DNA of 64,000 bases, taken from Candidatus Bathyarchaeota archaeon (lineage in GTDB: Archaea > Thermoproteota > Bathyarchaeia > Bathyarchaeales > Bathycorpusculaceae). This document shows, piece after piece, positions 32,340 through 42,600 of the stretch. Made by a program: the position numbers and the translations under genes. Every line of letters starts with the position of its first letter. Position 1 is the stretch's first letter. The stretch is taken from positions 32,001 to 96,000 of the forward strand of contig CAVZJV010000005.1 of the NCBI GenBank assembly GCA_963775685.1, given 5' to 3'. The notes beneath the pieces are model-generated. The model was given only the letters and a program-made list of their open reading frames with translations, was not told the origin of the DNA and made no database searches.

Positions 32340-33527
32340 TTACATAACCACCTCAATCTCTGGAATTTTCATTCCACATAAGTTTAATCCCTTGATTTTG
32401 ATTCCTTTTAAGACTAAGTTTAAGTCCAGCTGGTTGGCAATTGCGGAATCTGTGGTAACTGATCCGTTAAGATTTGAAAATTCCAAGCCACCTTTGACTC
32501 TCATTATCATTTTGGTGATATGAAGAGTTAATGCCCCGGTAATGTGGGCTCTGTCTGCGTCGCCGTGGAGGGCAACTCCTGCGCCATACATTTTTTTGGA
32601 AGTTGATATTGTCACTGGAGTCGTAGATTGTGCCTCGAACGCTTGGGTGGTGACAGAAGGAATTGTAACATTTAAGGCAGTTATGTTTTTCATTGAAGCT
32701 TGTGGGCTTGAAATTCCAGTTGAATCCATTTCATCTATACTTGTTTGATCCGTTGCTATGTCGTTAGGACCCATGGGATTGGGTACAGGTAGACAAAGTC
32801 CAATGCTAATTCCCAGAGGCGTATCAATAGGAATACTGGTGCATTTCATTTGAATATTTTCAGCGGTAACTTGGTCGATCTTTGTTCCTCTTATCGGATC
32901 AGGCGTCATTGAGAACGGACCAATAGAAGTCAAGGAAGAAAGCATTGAAAATTGGCCAGTGCCAAACAAAACATCTCCCAAAGAATGTTTCTCAACATAA
33001 GAATCAAAATCCACCCCACCTGAGACGCCATAACAAAAATCTGACCAACAGATAGGCCAAGGCAGATCAATGTTACCTGAAAAGGTCGTGCTAATGGATA
33101 AAGTAATTTCTAACTCTACATTTTTTGCTTTGCAGGAATCATACTTAAAGGTCCCGCTAAAGTTTTTCAATCGAAGGCTTGGAATCGATATTTGCCCAAT
33201 CTCTATTTCAGCAACAGAGAGAGGCCCGCCAATGCTGGAAGCAATTTCTGACTGCGGTATAACTGCGCGGGTCGTAACCTTTTCTTGTCTAGGCCGACAG
33301 CGCATCGTAGGCGGAGGGCAATCGCAGCCTTTTGATGGTATCTTTGGTAAGTCAAAGCAAACTTTTTCTGTTTTTACATCTATTTTGGGTAAGTTTAGAC
33401 ATACTTTTTGAGTTTCGATGTTTGGCACTGGGATACAGATTTTTTGGTCTGTTGTGGTAGCGACAGAAGTTACTTCTTTGGAAATATTCTCTGGCAAAAC
33501 TTTTTTTGTTCTCGAGCTTTTGCTCAA
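32340..33527 (-). CDS. Hypothetical beta-rich, Cys/Pro-containing protein (395 aa)
   Basis: Long ORF with N-terminal TxK[IV]Cxx[LV]PxI repeats and alternating hydrophobic beta patterns; no signal peptide. Confidence 0.8.
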   Translation of the reverse strand: MSKSSRTKKVLPENISKEVTSVATTTDQKICIPVPNIETQKVCLNLPKIDVKTEKVCFDLPKIPSKGCDCPPPTMRCRPRQEKVTTRAVIPQSEIASSIGGPLSVAEIEIGQISIPSLRLKNFSGTFKYDSCKAKNVELEITLSISTTFSGNIDLPWPICWSDFCYGVSGGVDFDSYVEKHSLGDVLFGTGQFSMLSSLTSIGPFSMTPDPIRGTKIDQVTAENIQMKCTSIPIDTPLGISIGLCLPVPNPMGPNDIATDQTSIDEMDSTGISSPQASMKNITALNVTIPSVTTQAFEAQSTTPVTISTSKKMYGAGVALHGDADRAHITGALTLHITKMIMRVKGGLEFSNLNGSVTTDSAIANQLDLNLVLKGIKIKGLNLCGMKIPEIEVVM

Positions 33528-33630
33528 TTGCTTGACCCCATTTCTATGTATGACTTATTGTTATTTATCGTTTTTGTTAAGATGCTCGATTGGTAAATAA
33601 CGATGAGAACTATAGACGTTTTTACTGTTG

Positions 33631-34029
33631 CTAACGTAGTTTATATGTTAAGAAGTAGAATCGAGGTGACATTCTTGAAAGACGTAATATCTGCTCAAAA
33701 ATTTTATAGCATTTTAGCAGTGTTGCGGGTTCTCCAAATGCCTCAATTTTCCCTGATTGAAGTGCGTTGTCGAGGGTAATTCTGCCTTCAAGAAGGTCAA
33801 ACAGGCCTATCCTCGAAAGGATTATGTGTACATCAATTTTTTTGGGTTTATTTTTTTCTCCGATAACAACGTCGTCAGAGGTGACGTGAATTACAGTAAT
33901 CTCATTGTCGAGAGTTTGAAGCCAAGTTAAGCCTTGAGTATCCTTGACAATTTTTTGGAAGTACAGTGGATAATCTTGTTTCATTAACGCTATTAGTTCT
34001 CTAAGAAACTGTTCAAGCTTCAATTGCAT
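33631..34029 (-). CDS. SCP2 sterol/lipid-binding domain protein
   Basis: LFDLLEGRITLDNALQSGKIEAFGE is the SCP2 C-terminal signature; the likely start MQLKLE overlaps the upstream gene end. Confidence 0.8.
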   Translation of the reverse strand: MQLKLEQFLRELIALMKQDYPLYFQKIVKDTQGLTWLQTLDNEITVIHVTSDDVVIGEKNKPKKIDVHIILSRIGLFDLLEGRITLDNALQSGKIEAFGEPATLLKCYKIFEQILRLSRMSPRFYFLTYKLR

Positions 34030-35140
34030 AGCTGTTAACCCTCTTTCGTGGTCGAACTGACTCAAACCAGCAAGGAAGAACAGAATCATATTTTTGGCCA
34101 TTTATCTTCCCCCTGAGGTCTGCTTCACAGAACATTTCGTTGAAAACAACTTCTGAAGGACTCATGAGACTAGCGTTGACTACACTGCACACAGCTTTGG
34201 GGGTAAATGTAATTTTAAGTTTGTCGGCACCCTTAGAAGCGGCAAATGTCAAGTTCTTCGATATTGCAGGATGGTAATCTGGATAAAGCAATTGTGTAAT
34301 TGCCGGCATAATGCTCAGGTTACCATCATACTTCCCTTTTGTGGCTATTTGCATTTCTGCGTTATCAAAGAATTGTTTTTTCCCACTCTTGCTTTCAAAA
34401 AAGACTCCGCCATAGGAAAGATCGTCTGTGTCTCCGTAACGATAAATAAGAAAGTCTATCCTCTCCGGCTCCTGGGCAGCTAAGGGATCACAAAAGATGA
34501 CGCCAGTGTCCCAGCCCCAAGTCGTTCCTATGTCGAAACATCCACCTTCATGGTCCTGATACCCCTGGCTAGTTTTAATTTGATAAGTTTTTTTGTCGAG
34601 CTGTAATTTTCCTTTAACAAGTAATCTTGGTAGCTCCACCCAGTTTTCCCATTGGCGGTTCATTTCTTGGGCAGCCAGAAGCATCTTTGCTTTAGGATCT
34701 TGCACTTTGAGCACATCAATAAATATGTCTTTGTCCGTTACGGGAGGCAGAGCAACCTTAAAATTAAGGTCAAATGAAGTTTGCTCCATCTTCCCTATAA
34801 CTTTGAAAGAATTGTCTTTTAGCAAATTCACCGAGAAACTTTCACCAATAAAGTTTGGGTTGTAGGATGAAACCTCAAGATGATTCATGGGTATTAGCTT
34901 TATTTCAGAATAAATCTTTCCAGTGGGGTCGACAATGTACGCAAGTACTGAGCCCCAACCTCGTTTCGAATCGTAAGGATTGCCATGTATTCCAAAGTTT
35001 AAAAGACCGAATACCCGTTTTTTCCGGTCAAAAAACACGAAATCATGCCATTCCTGGTATAAGCTAACTTTTGTGTCAAAGATTGAGGGTAGAGTAAAAG
35101 CATCGACGCTGGCCGTGTCTTCTACACGGTATAAAGTCAT
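34013..35140 (-). CDS. AttH/CrtC hydratase or tocopherol-cyclase-like (double beta-barrel) protein
   Basis: YQEWHDFVFFD near the N-terminus and VKGKL...GYQDHEGG...WGWD mid-protein. Confidence 0.65.
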   Translation of the reverse strand: MTLYRVEDTASVDAFTLPSIFDTKVSLYQEWHDFVFFDRKKRVFGLLNFGIHGNPYDSKRGWGSVLAYIVDPTGKIYSEIKLIPMNHLEVSSYNPNFIGESFSVNLLKDNSFKVIGKMEQTSFDLNFKVALPPVTDKDIFIDVLKVQDPKAKMLLAAQEMNRQWENWVELPRLLVKGKLQLDKKTYQIKTSQGYQDHEGGCFDIGTTWGWDTGVIFCDPLAAQEPERIDFLIYRYGDTDDLSYGGVFFESKSGKKQFFDNAEMQIATKGKYDGNLSIMPAITQLLYPDYHPAISKNLTFAASKGADKLKITFTPKAVCSVVNASLMSPSEVVFNEMFCEADLRGKINGQKYDSVLPCWFESVRPRKRVNSYAIEA

Positions 35141-35553
35141 TAGGACGACGGCTCGATGTTAGTCTCTTCAGGATTCGGAGCAGCTTTTTCTATGATATCA
35201 ACAGCCCTATTGGAAACTTTTTGCACAAGAGTTAAGAGCTCTGTATTGAATTGGATATAAAGACGCATCATGTCAGCAACAGAGTTGCTCACAAGCTCGG
35301 TCATTTCTTCGTTGTCTAGTTTGCCCATACGGGCGGTCACTTTGCTCAATCTTTGAGCTGTCTGAACAGTGTTGTTAACTGAAGCCTGAGTTAACTTGGT
35401 TAGTTGGTCTTTGTACTCAGGATTGTTTAGGGTAGAAACGATTTGGTCAATGGCTTTCTGCACAGTTTTTGGGTTTGGCATTACTGTTTTGGGATTTGCT
35501 TCTGCGGCATTTTTGGTCCTTGCACTTGCTTTTTTGGTTGTTTGAGCGCTCAT
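35140..35553 (-). CDS. Hypothetical helical protein
   Basis: GGTGGAG ribosome-binding site; its stop overlaps the next ATG; amphipathic helices. Confidence 0.75.
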   Translation of the reverse strand: MSAQTTKKASARTKNAAEANPKTVMPNPKTVQKAIDQIVSTLNNPEYKDQLTKLTQASVNNTVQTAQRLSKVTARMGKLDNEEMTELVSNSVADMMRLYIQFNTELLTLVQKVSNRAVDIIEKAAPNPEETNIEPSS

Positions 35554-35589
35554 TGTTATCTCCACTTTCATCATCTCTGTTGGTTGTAT

Positions 35590-36615
35590 TTATTTTTTCC
35601 GCTGAATCAGGTAGTTCGTCTGTTCGAGAAAGAAATCTTTCCACCTTTTTTCGACTATCCAGTCGCATTCATTTAGCAAAACGTTCTTTGCTTTGGTGGC
35701 GAATTGATTTGCAGTTTTTCTAGCATATTCAATGGAACCGTATTTTTGCATAAGATCTCTAACATACATCACATCCTCTTCTGTCTTGATTTCTCGAGGT
35801 GTTTCCAATATTTTTCGAATACGGTCTTTCTCTTCTTGAGTACAAGAGTTAAGAGTGTGAATAAGCATGAGAGTTCTTTTTCCTTCCAAAATATCGCCAT
35901 CGATCTCTTTGCCATAAAGGTCCTGAGACGCTGTAAGGTTCAGAGTGTCATCGGTTATCTGAAATGCTATTCCCGTGTAGAGAGCATACCTAGTTATGGC
36001 ATCTAATTGTTTAGGAGTTGCCTCATCTAACCCAATAATTATCCCTGTTCTGCATGGGGTAATAATGGTATACCAACAAGTTTTATTCTCGCAGATATAG
36101 TAATAATCTTCAGGCTTCAAATCAACCCGATTATCTCTAACAAAAGTTAACTCAGTTATCTGCCCTTCTACACTTCTTCTTGCGGTCTCCTGTATTTCCA
36201 TGATTATTTGCAAAGCTTTCCTAACGCCTATCGACGCCAAGTTGTCAACAAGTGGCGACATTGCAAGGATTTTCACCGCGTCCCCTGCATTCGCTGCCAA
36301 AGCAAGACCATACTTTCTGTTTAGAGTAAGGTCGCCGCGTCGATAAATCGATTGATCAACAATATCATCCTTTATTAGAAACGAATTGTGCAAAAGCTCA
36401 ATAGCCGTGGCAGTGTTTATCGCATTATTGTAGTCGCCACCCACTGATGCCGCCGCTGCAAGACAAAGCAAAGGACGAATCCCTTTTCCTGGTCTAGTGG
36501 GATAGTCAGCCAAGAGTTCGTATGCTAACGTTTTTGATCCAAAGTTACGTTTAAGATAGTACTGCATCCGAACAGCTACTTTTTTCTTCATCTTGGACAG
36601 AACTAATTCGCTCAA
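35590..36615 (-). CDS. Polyprenyl diphosphate synthase (trans-IDS, GGPP synthase-like)
   Basis: GKGIRP, first Asp-rich motif LIKDDIVD...RRG, EGQ, KT, second motif FQITDDTLN and DILEGKRTL. Confidence 0.93.
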   Translation of the reverse strand: MSELVLSKMKKKVAVRMQYYLKRNFGSKTLAYELLADYPTRPGKGIRPLLCLAAAASVGGDYNNAINTATAIELLHNSFLIKDDIVDQSIYRRGDLTLNRKYGLALAANAGDAVKILAMSPLVDNLASIGVRKALQIIMEIQETARRSVEGQITELTFVRDNRVDLKPEDYYYICENKTCWYTIITPCRTGIIIGLDEATPKQLDAITRYALYTGIAFQITDDTLNLTASQDLYGKEIDGDILEGKRTLMLIHTLNSCTQEEKDRIRKILETPREIKTEEDVMYVRDLMQKYGSIEYARKTANQFATKAKNVLLNECDWIVEKRWKDFFLEQTNYLIQRKK

Positions 36616-36696
36616 GCGAAGACCAACCCCTCATAATACCCAATATTCATAGATAACCTTTGTCCAGTTATTTTAGGAGAATAAAGCATGCATAAG

Positions 36697-38190
36697 TTAG
36701 TTGGATTTCGCTTTCTCCTCGGTTTCTAAGTAGTTTGAAGACGATGCGATTGCAACGTTTATTGCGCTTGTAGCGGATTTAATGAACCAATTGATGAAGG
36801 CAGATGGGTTCTGGGTTGCTTGAACAGTTATTTCGAAGCCTGTTTGGAGAGCTTCCATTGTAGCTTTTGCCAAGGCATTTGGATCTTGGATTGCGTCGAG
36901 CAAATTTGTGGGCCCTTTTGATAATAGGGCTTGTTCAATTGTTCCCTGGGCGACCTCCAAGTTGGTAGCTTCGCTTTGAGGTACGGTTCCCATTAGGATG
37001 CCTCCGACGATATCAGCATATCTCGGATCCGCTTGTGAACGTGCAGCCATGAGTTCCATTGAACGGAGCCAAAGTGAATTGAAGCTTCGATTTCTTATCA
37101 ATTGAACTATTAGACTTGCAAGTGACATTCCGTATCGAAGTTCTTTCTCAACAAAACTTTGGTATGTCAACAAAGCTTCTTTGGATAAATCGTCGGCTAT
37201 CAAACAAGAGATTGCAACTTCGGAAGCCCATCTGCCACTAAGAAGGGCGTATTGAATTCCTTCTCCGTTTAGAGGATTCACTAAACCCGCGGCATCGCCT
37301 ACAAGCATTACTCGATTGTCAACCAATGATTGGTTTGCGTTATAGGTTGTTAAAGGCCAACCTTTTATCGGCCCGATCAATTTAGCGTTTCTAAGGCGTT
37401 TATGCAATGATAAATCATTCTCGATGAGTTGATTTAGAAGCTCGTTCAAGCGTTTACCAGAAGGTATGGTGTCTAAGACCATGCCGACTCCTACGTTAGC
37501 TTGGTTTTTGCCCGTTGGGAAAAGCCAGCAGTAACCGGGAAAACTTTCTTTGTTGAAGTGCAGGTCAGCATGATTTGAAGAACCATCTACGTCTTTGAAG
37601 TATCCGCGTATGGCAATTATTCTGTCTGCACTCGAAGGAGGGTGCCCCCTGACGAGTTTGGCAATGGTTGAGTTGCTGCCATCCGCACCGATTAAAAGGC
37701 GAGCTTTTAATATTTTTTTACCCGAAGGTCCCTCTACCTGTAACTCAACGATTTTGCGCTTTGTGTGCATACCTACTGCCTTTAATCCCTCAAAGAAAAC
37801 AGCCCCTTCTTTGATGGCTGCGTCTAAAAGTAGTTTATCCAAAATAAAACGAGGAACCACACGCCCGTATCTGGGAAGACCTTGAACCTTTGGCACGGAT
37901 CTGGAAATCAATTCGTTGCCATCCAGATAAACTGACGCTCTCCTAATGAGGTTTGACCTCTTAAATTCAGGAGAATTTGCAAGACCCAACCTTCCAAGCT
38001 CAATTTGTGCTACAGGACTCACAAAGTCACCGCAAACTTTGTCACGTGGAAATTTACACTTGTCAACGAGAATCACATCATAACCCGCAGATGCAAAGTA
38101 GTAAGCAGCAGCAGAGCCGCTAGGTCCAGCACCAACTACGATCACATCGCTATCATATTCTTGTTTTTTGTCTAATAGAATGATTATCAC
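36697..38190 (-). CDS. Geranylgeranyl reductase-family FAD oxidoreductase with C-terminal helical extension
   Basis: VVGAGPSGS, FPRDKVCGD, GADG..S, GYCWLFP and GDAAGLVNPLNGEGIQYA. Confidence 0.92.
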   Translation of the reverse strand: MIIILLDKKQEYDSDVIVVGAGPSGSAAAYYFASAGYDVILVDKCKFPRDKVCGDFVSPVAQIELGRLGLANSPEFKRSNLIRRASVYLDGNELISRSVPKVQGLPRYGRVVPRFILDKLLLDAAIKEGAVFFEGLKAVGMHTKRKIVELQVEGPSGKKILKARLLIGADGSNSTIAKLVRGHPPSSADRIIAIRGYFKDVDGSSNHADLHFNKESFPGYCWLFPTGKNQANVGVGMVLDTIPSGKRLNELLNQLIENDLSLHKRLRNAKLIGPIKGWPLTTYNANQSLVDNRVMLVGDAAGLVNPLNGEGIQYALLSGRWASEVAISCLIADDLSKEALLTYQSFVEKELRYGMSLASLIVQLIRNRSFNSLWLRSMELMAARSQADPRYADIVGGILMGTVPQSEATNLEVAQGTIEQALLSKGPTNLLDAIQDPNALAKATMEALQTGFEITVQATQNPSAFINWFIKSATSAINVAIASSSNYLETEEKAKSN

Positions 38191-38632
38191 TCCTGATTAG
38201 GGGAAAGGAAAACGAGCCAAAGAGGAGTAATTTAGCATTAGAGCTTGGATCAAGCAAAACTCTGCACATAAGTTTTCATTTCCCGTTTGTTAATTATGAC
38301 TCTATAGAAGTAACTTTGTTAATAACTTTGCTTTTAACCTAAATACCACTCTTTTAGTTCCAACTAACTTTATCAAGGGAAATTCTCTCTTGTTTGGGAT
38401 TATCACGAACAGGACGCTGACCCCTTACATCCTACCTAACAACATTGACCCACAAATATAGACAGATGACCTCCAACCTTACCGCCACAGTTGAACATTT
38501 TGAGATTTATGGAAAAGAATGAGCCACGTGAATGGGCTTCTGTACTAGAAATCGGCAAATCCTTTATGTTTCTGACCAAAACGCAAATAGGCAAAACCGG
38601 CGACTTGTTTTGTATATTGGGGAAGAAATAAC

Positions 38633-39121
38633 TTGTCAGAATTAGCCAACAGCTGTGAATACTTAACAAGTGAGAAATTATGCTTAGCTGTTTTAGAAAG
38701 CGAGAAAGCAAAGGCAGCCAGGCAGGAGCGATGCAAAAATGAAGAGAAGACGACCTGTTGCTATCTTTGCATGTTCGTGTTTAACTGTGCCACTCCCTGT
38801 CGGTTTTTGGGAAAAGGGGAGAGCGAGCTAAACCAAATCGACTCTGAAAAAACCCGCATTGAAAACATATCCATAAGTGAACAAAAACCCGAAGAGCTCA
38901 AAACAAAAAATTCACCTGTAACCCGCTGCTTGTTATGTGACGTCGAGATGTCGCAAGCTCGAACTAAGTTTAAGATAGAGGGTTTGGAAAGATCAGGTCA
39001 AGAACTTTCTGAAGATGACTCAGGGCAATTGGAAAAGGAAGTGCTGCCTGTAATAGTTTATCTCTGTCCAAAATGTGGTAAAATCGAGTTTAAGGCGGAT
39101 GAAAAACTAAGCAAGGACTAA
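38633..39121 (+). CDS. Cys-rich protein with C-terminal Zn-ribbon
   Basis: N-terminal C..C..C...CCxxCxxxxxCxxxC cluster; C-terminal CLLC...CPKCGKIEF. Confidence 0.8.
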   Translation: MSELANSCEYLTSEKLCLAVLESEKAKAARQERCKNEEKTTCCYLCMFVFNCATPCRFLGKGESELNQIDSEKTRIENISISEQKPEELKTKNSPVTRCLLCDVEMSQARTKFKIEGLERSGQELSEDDSGQLEKEVLPVIVYLCPKCGKIEFKADEKLSKD

Positions 39122-39144
39122 TTGTATTTCAAACCTTTGCTAGG

Positions 39145-39288
39145 TTAAGGTTTTTCTTTTTTTGATGAAATAACCGTACCACACTCGGTACATTCCCAAC
39201 AAGTGAGTATCTTGTTCTTGTCATACACAGGAATCATTTCTTCTTCGCATTCAGGGCACAGTTTTTCCAGTTGATTCTTTTTTGACAT
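39145..39288 (-). CDS. 47-aa Zn-ribbon microprotein (MSKKNQLEKLCPECEEEMIPVYDKNKILTCWECTECGTVISSKKEKP)
   Basis: My translation; CPEC and CTECG knuckles. Confidence 0.7.
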   Translation of the reverse strand: MSKKNQLEKLCPECEEEMIPVYDKNKILTCWECTECGTVISSKKEKP

Positions 39289-39657
39289 TTAAATTTCAGA
39301 CGTTTCAAGTGCCATTATGAAATATAAACCAACTGGTAACCAACTCTAAATCGCAATAGCCCCCACAGGGCCTTACGAATCAGGCTTCTATAATTCAAGA
39401 TAGAAAAAATATTAGATGCAGCAATAACGCGACATGAAAGAAAAAAGAGATTTTACATGGAGAACAATTCACTCGGTAGCATACTCAAATCCAGCGCCCA
39501 ACCACAACTATCTGACCAAATATTTACTGCTAAAATTATAATTTCTACCCTATTATTTCTCGTACAAATGTTAAGATTTAGTGAGATTCTGGCAAACCTT
39601 CTAATTTGAGTGTACACCCCAATAGGAAAACGCGATGTAAAATAGATCCTATGGAGT

Positions 39658-42600
39658 TTGACGCAGTTGGGAAGAAACCTCTTCGACACATTGAATAAAT
39701 TTATTATAAAGCGGCATCGCTTGATAATCATTGCCTGGATTATTGCTTTAATTGTTTCGTTAAGTTTGGTTCCCAGTTTTTTTGGGGCAGTTTCATACGA
39801 CATTACAGGCGGTTTTGCCGCTCCCACAAATAGCCAATCCGAAAAAACATCACACATACTAAAGGCTCAGTTTCCAAGTTCTCAAAACCAAAGCGCCAAC
39901 AGCATCCTACTTGTAGTTCATGGCACACAGCCGTATTCCGATGATTTAAGGAAAGCTATACTTGACCTAAACCAAACAATCTCAAAGGACCAAAGCATTG
40001 TGAACTTTACAGGGGAATCCAGCATCTACTCCACCGAGTACAGCTTACTTAATTCGTCAATTCCAAGCATTCTGCCACAAGTTGACGCCCTAGAAAATAA
40101 CATAAGCTCCATCAACACAGGCGTCTATTCATTAGCGACAAACTTGGCTCCACTAAACGCAAACATTTTTCAAACCATCGAAGGAATCAACCAGACCGCT
40201 CAACTGGTCTTTGGGATTCCAGCGGCTTTTGTGGAAGTGTGGCAGGGAATAACCAGTCAAGGATTAACTGACCCATACCTTGCAAACTTTCAAGCCAACG
40301 TAACCGCCTACCAAATCACAAACAATTTCGGAGACGACCCAAGCTCTATCGGCTACTACTCTGCATTCTTTAACGTCTGGAATGCCAGCTTCCTAAGCCT
40401 TCCAAGCAACGCTAGCTCTGTTCAAGACAGGGAAGCTTTGGCTATTAACCAATCAGTCACGCTTTTTTTGGGCAATACACAATTAGATGAACAAACTAAA
40501 CAAATCGTAACAGCAGTTGGTTCAGGCTTGACAGTTTCAAGTTGGAGCCAAAGCGAATCCATCACAAACTTAGCTAAGTCAACAATAGCCTCAAGCATTC
40601 CATCCGACCTGTCAACTCAACTGGCCATCACACCTCAAACCCTAATCAACCAACTCTACAGTTTGGGAGCCGCACCCTCAAACGCTACAATTTTGAAGTA
40701 TGCAATTAACTTGACTGTAAACTCGATGGGAAACCTTACAGACAGCGACATCGGTTTTTCGCCCTCACAACTTGTAAATGAAGCCGTCAACTTGGGTTCA
40801 TCTCCAAGCTTCAAACAGCAATGGATGCTTTCGTGCGAATTTATCGCAAACGCTACCCAAAGCGCATTCGTGGATTCTCCCCTTTTCTCAATTAATAGCT
40901 CTTCCTTAGCTACTTTGCTTTATGTTCTGCCACAAAGGGCCACCTTAACCGAAATCGATGCGGCAATCGAAAACACAATCGCATATCAAAACTATGTTAG
41001 CTACCCCTACAAACCAACCCATGCAATCACCCAAAACTTTGTTGGCACCGACAACAACACGGTGCTTATCATTTTGGGCTTCTCTTCAGAACCAGATGTC
41101 ACATCAATAGCTCAAATAAAGTCAGCCGTACAAAACTCAGAATTGCAAAACCTAGGAACAACCTACGTTACCGGGTCACCTGTTCTCGGTCGCGACATCG
41201 AAAACACCTTCATACCCGCACTTGAACTCACCGTAGGACCCGCGATCGCCATTTCTTTGTTGATTGTCGGACTCTTATTCTTGGCACCTTTAGCCGCGAT
41301 TATCCCGATCATTTTAGGAGGTTTTTCGACAGTTATTTCTCTTGCTTCGATCTATTTTGCAGTGGTTATAGTAGGTAAAGGCGACATAACATTCCTTACA
41401 CCCACTCTGACCATCCTTCTTCTGCTGGGATTAGCAGTTGACTACGCGGTCTTGCAGCTTAGACGAACAAGAGAAGAGAGACAACAAGGCAGATCGGTAG
41501 AAGAGAGCGTAGGGCTCTCCGTCCGTTGGGCTGGGCAAGCTGTGCTTACCGCAGGAATCACAGTCATCGTAGCGTACATAGTAATGGCAGTTGTTAACGT
41601 ACCTATATTCAGCGATGTGGGAACTGCTATTGCCATCAGCGTCTCCATTCTGCTTGCAGCCTCCTTAACGCTGCTACCTGCACTTGAAATCGCTTTGAAT
41701 GATAAAATTTTTTGGCCGGGACTAGGCAAAAACAAAAACATCTCCTCCAATTCGCCGCGTTTAAGAAACCTGGCGAAAAATATACTAAAAAAGAAAAAAG
41801 TAATAGCTATTCTAATAAGCGGGTTGGCTTTGGGCGCATTCTACTTTGAATATACAACACCCACCGGCTCAGACTTCCTAAAACTCATACCAAACTTTTC
41901 CAGCAACCAGGGCTTAACGGTTATATCGAACAGTTTTGGAGGCGCATCCATCAGTCCAACCACCATTGTGGTAACAACCCCCACTCCTGTATCCTACGGC
42001 AAAAACCAACTAAATCAAACTCTCATGGACCAACTTGAATTGGTAGCCATTTCAGTCGCTAACTCGCCCAATGTAGTCACAGTGATTGGCCCCACAAGAC
42101 CGTTTGGTTCCTCTTTCAACTATTCAGGGCTATCAAGCATGTCTGACACGCTTAAGCCGCAATATGAAAGCCAAATCTACTCTATGATAGGGAAAGACAA
42201 TATGACCGTTCGAATCACGGTGGGACTCGCTAACGAATCGCAAAGTCAGATTGCTATGACTTCGCTTCTTCAAATGGAAAAGAAAATTAATGCGCTGGTA
42301 CTTATTGACGGGGTCACAGTTAATTTTGGCGGAGAAACCCAATCCTCGATAGACAGCAAAGCCTTTATGGCAAACCTGCTGCCCGAAGTCGTCGTTATCC
42401 TCTCCGTTGCAGTGTACATAATCTTATTTGTGCAACTTCGGTCAGCCTTCACCCCTCTACGGCTAATTTTCACCATACTCTGCAGCGTAGCTTTTGCGAT
42501 AGCTATTCTCTCAGCAGTTTTCTTCTATGCCAGCAATTTGCCAATCCTCGACTTCGCACCCCTCTTTGTGGTAGTAACTATGCTAGGGGTAGGAATAGAC

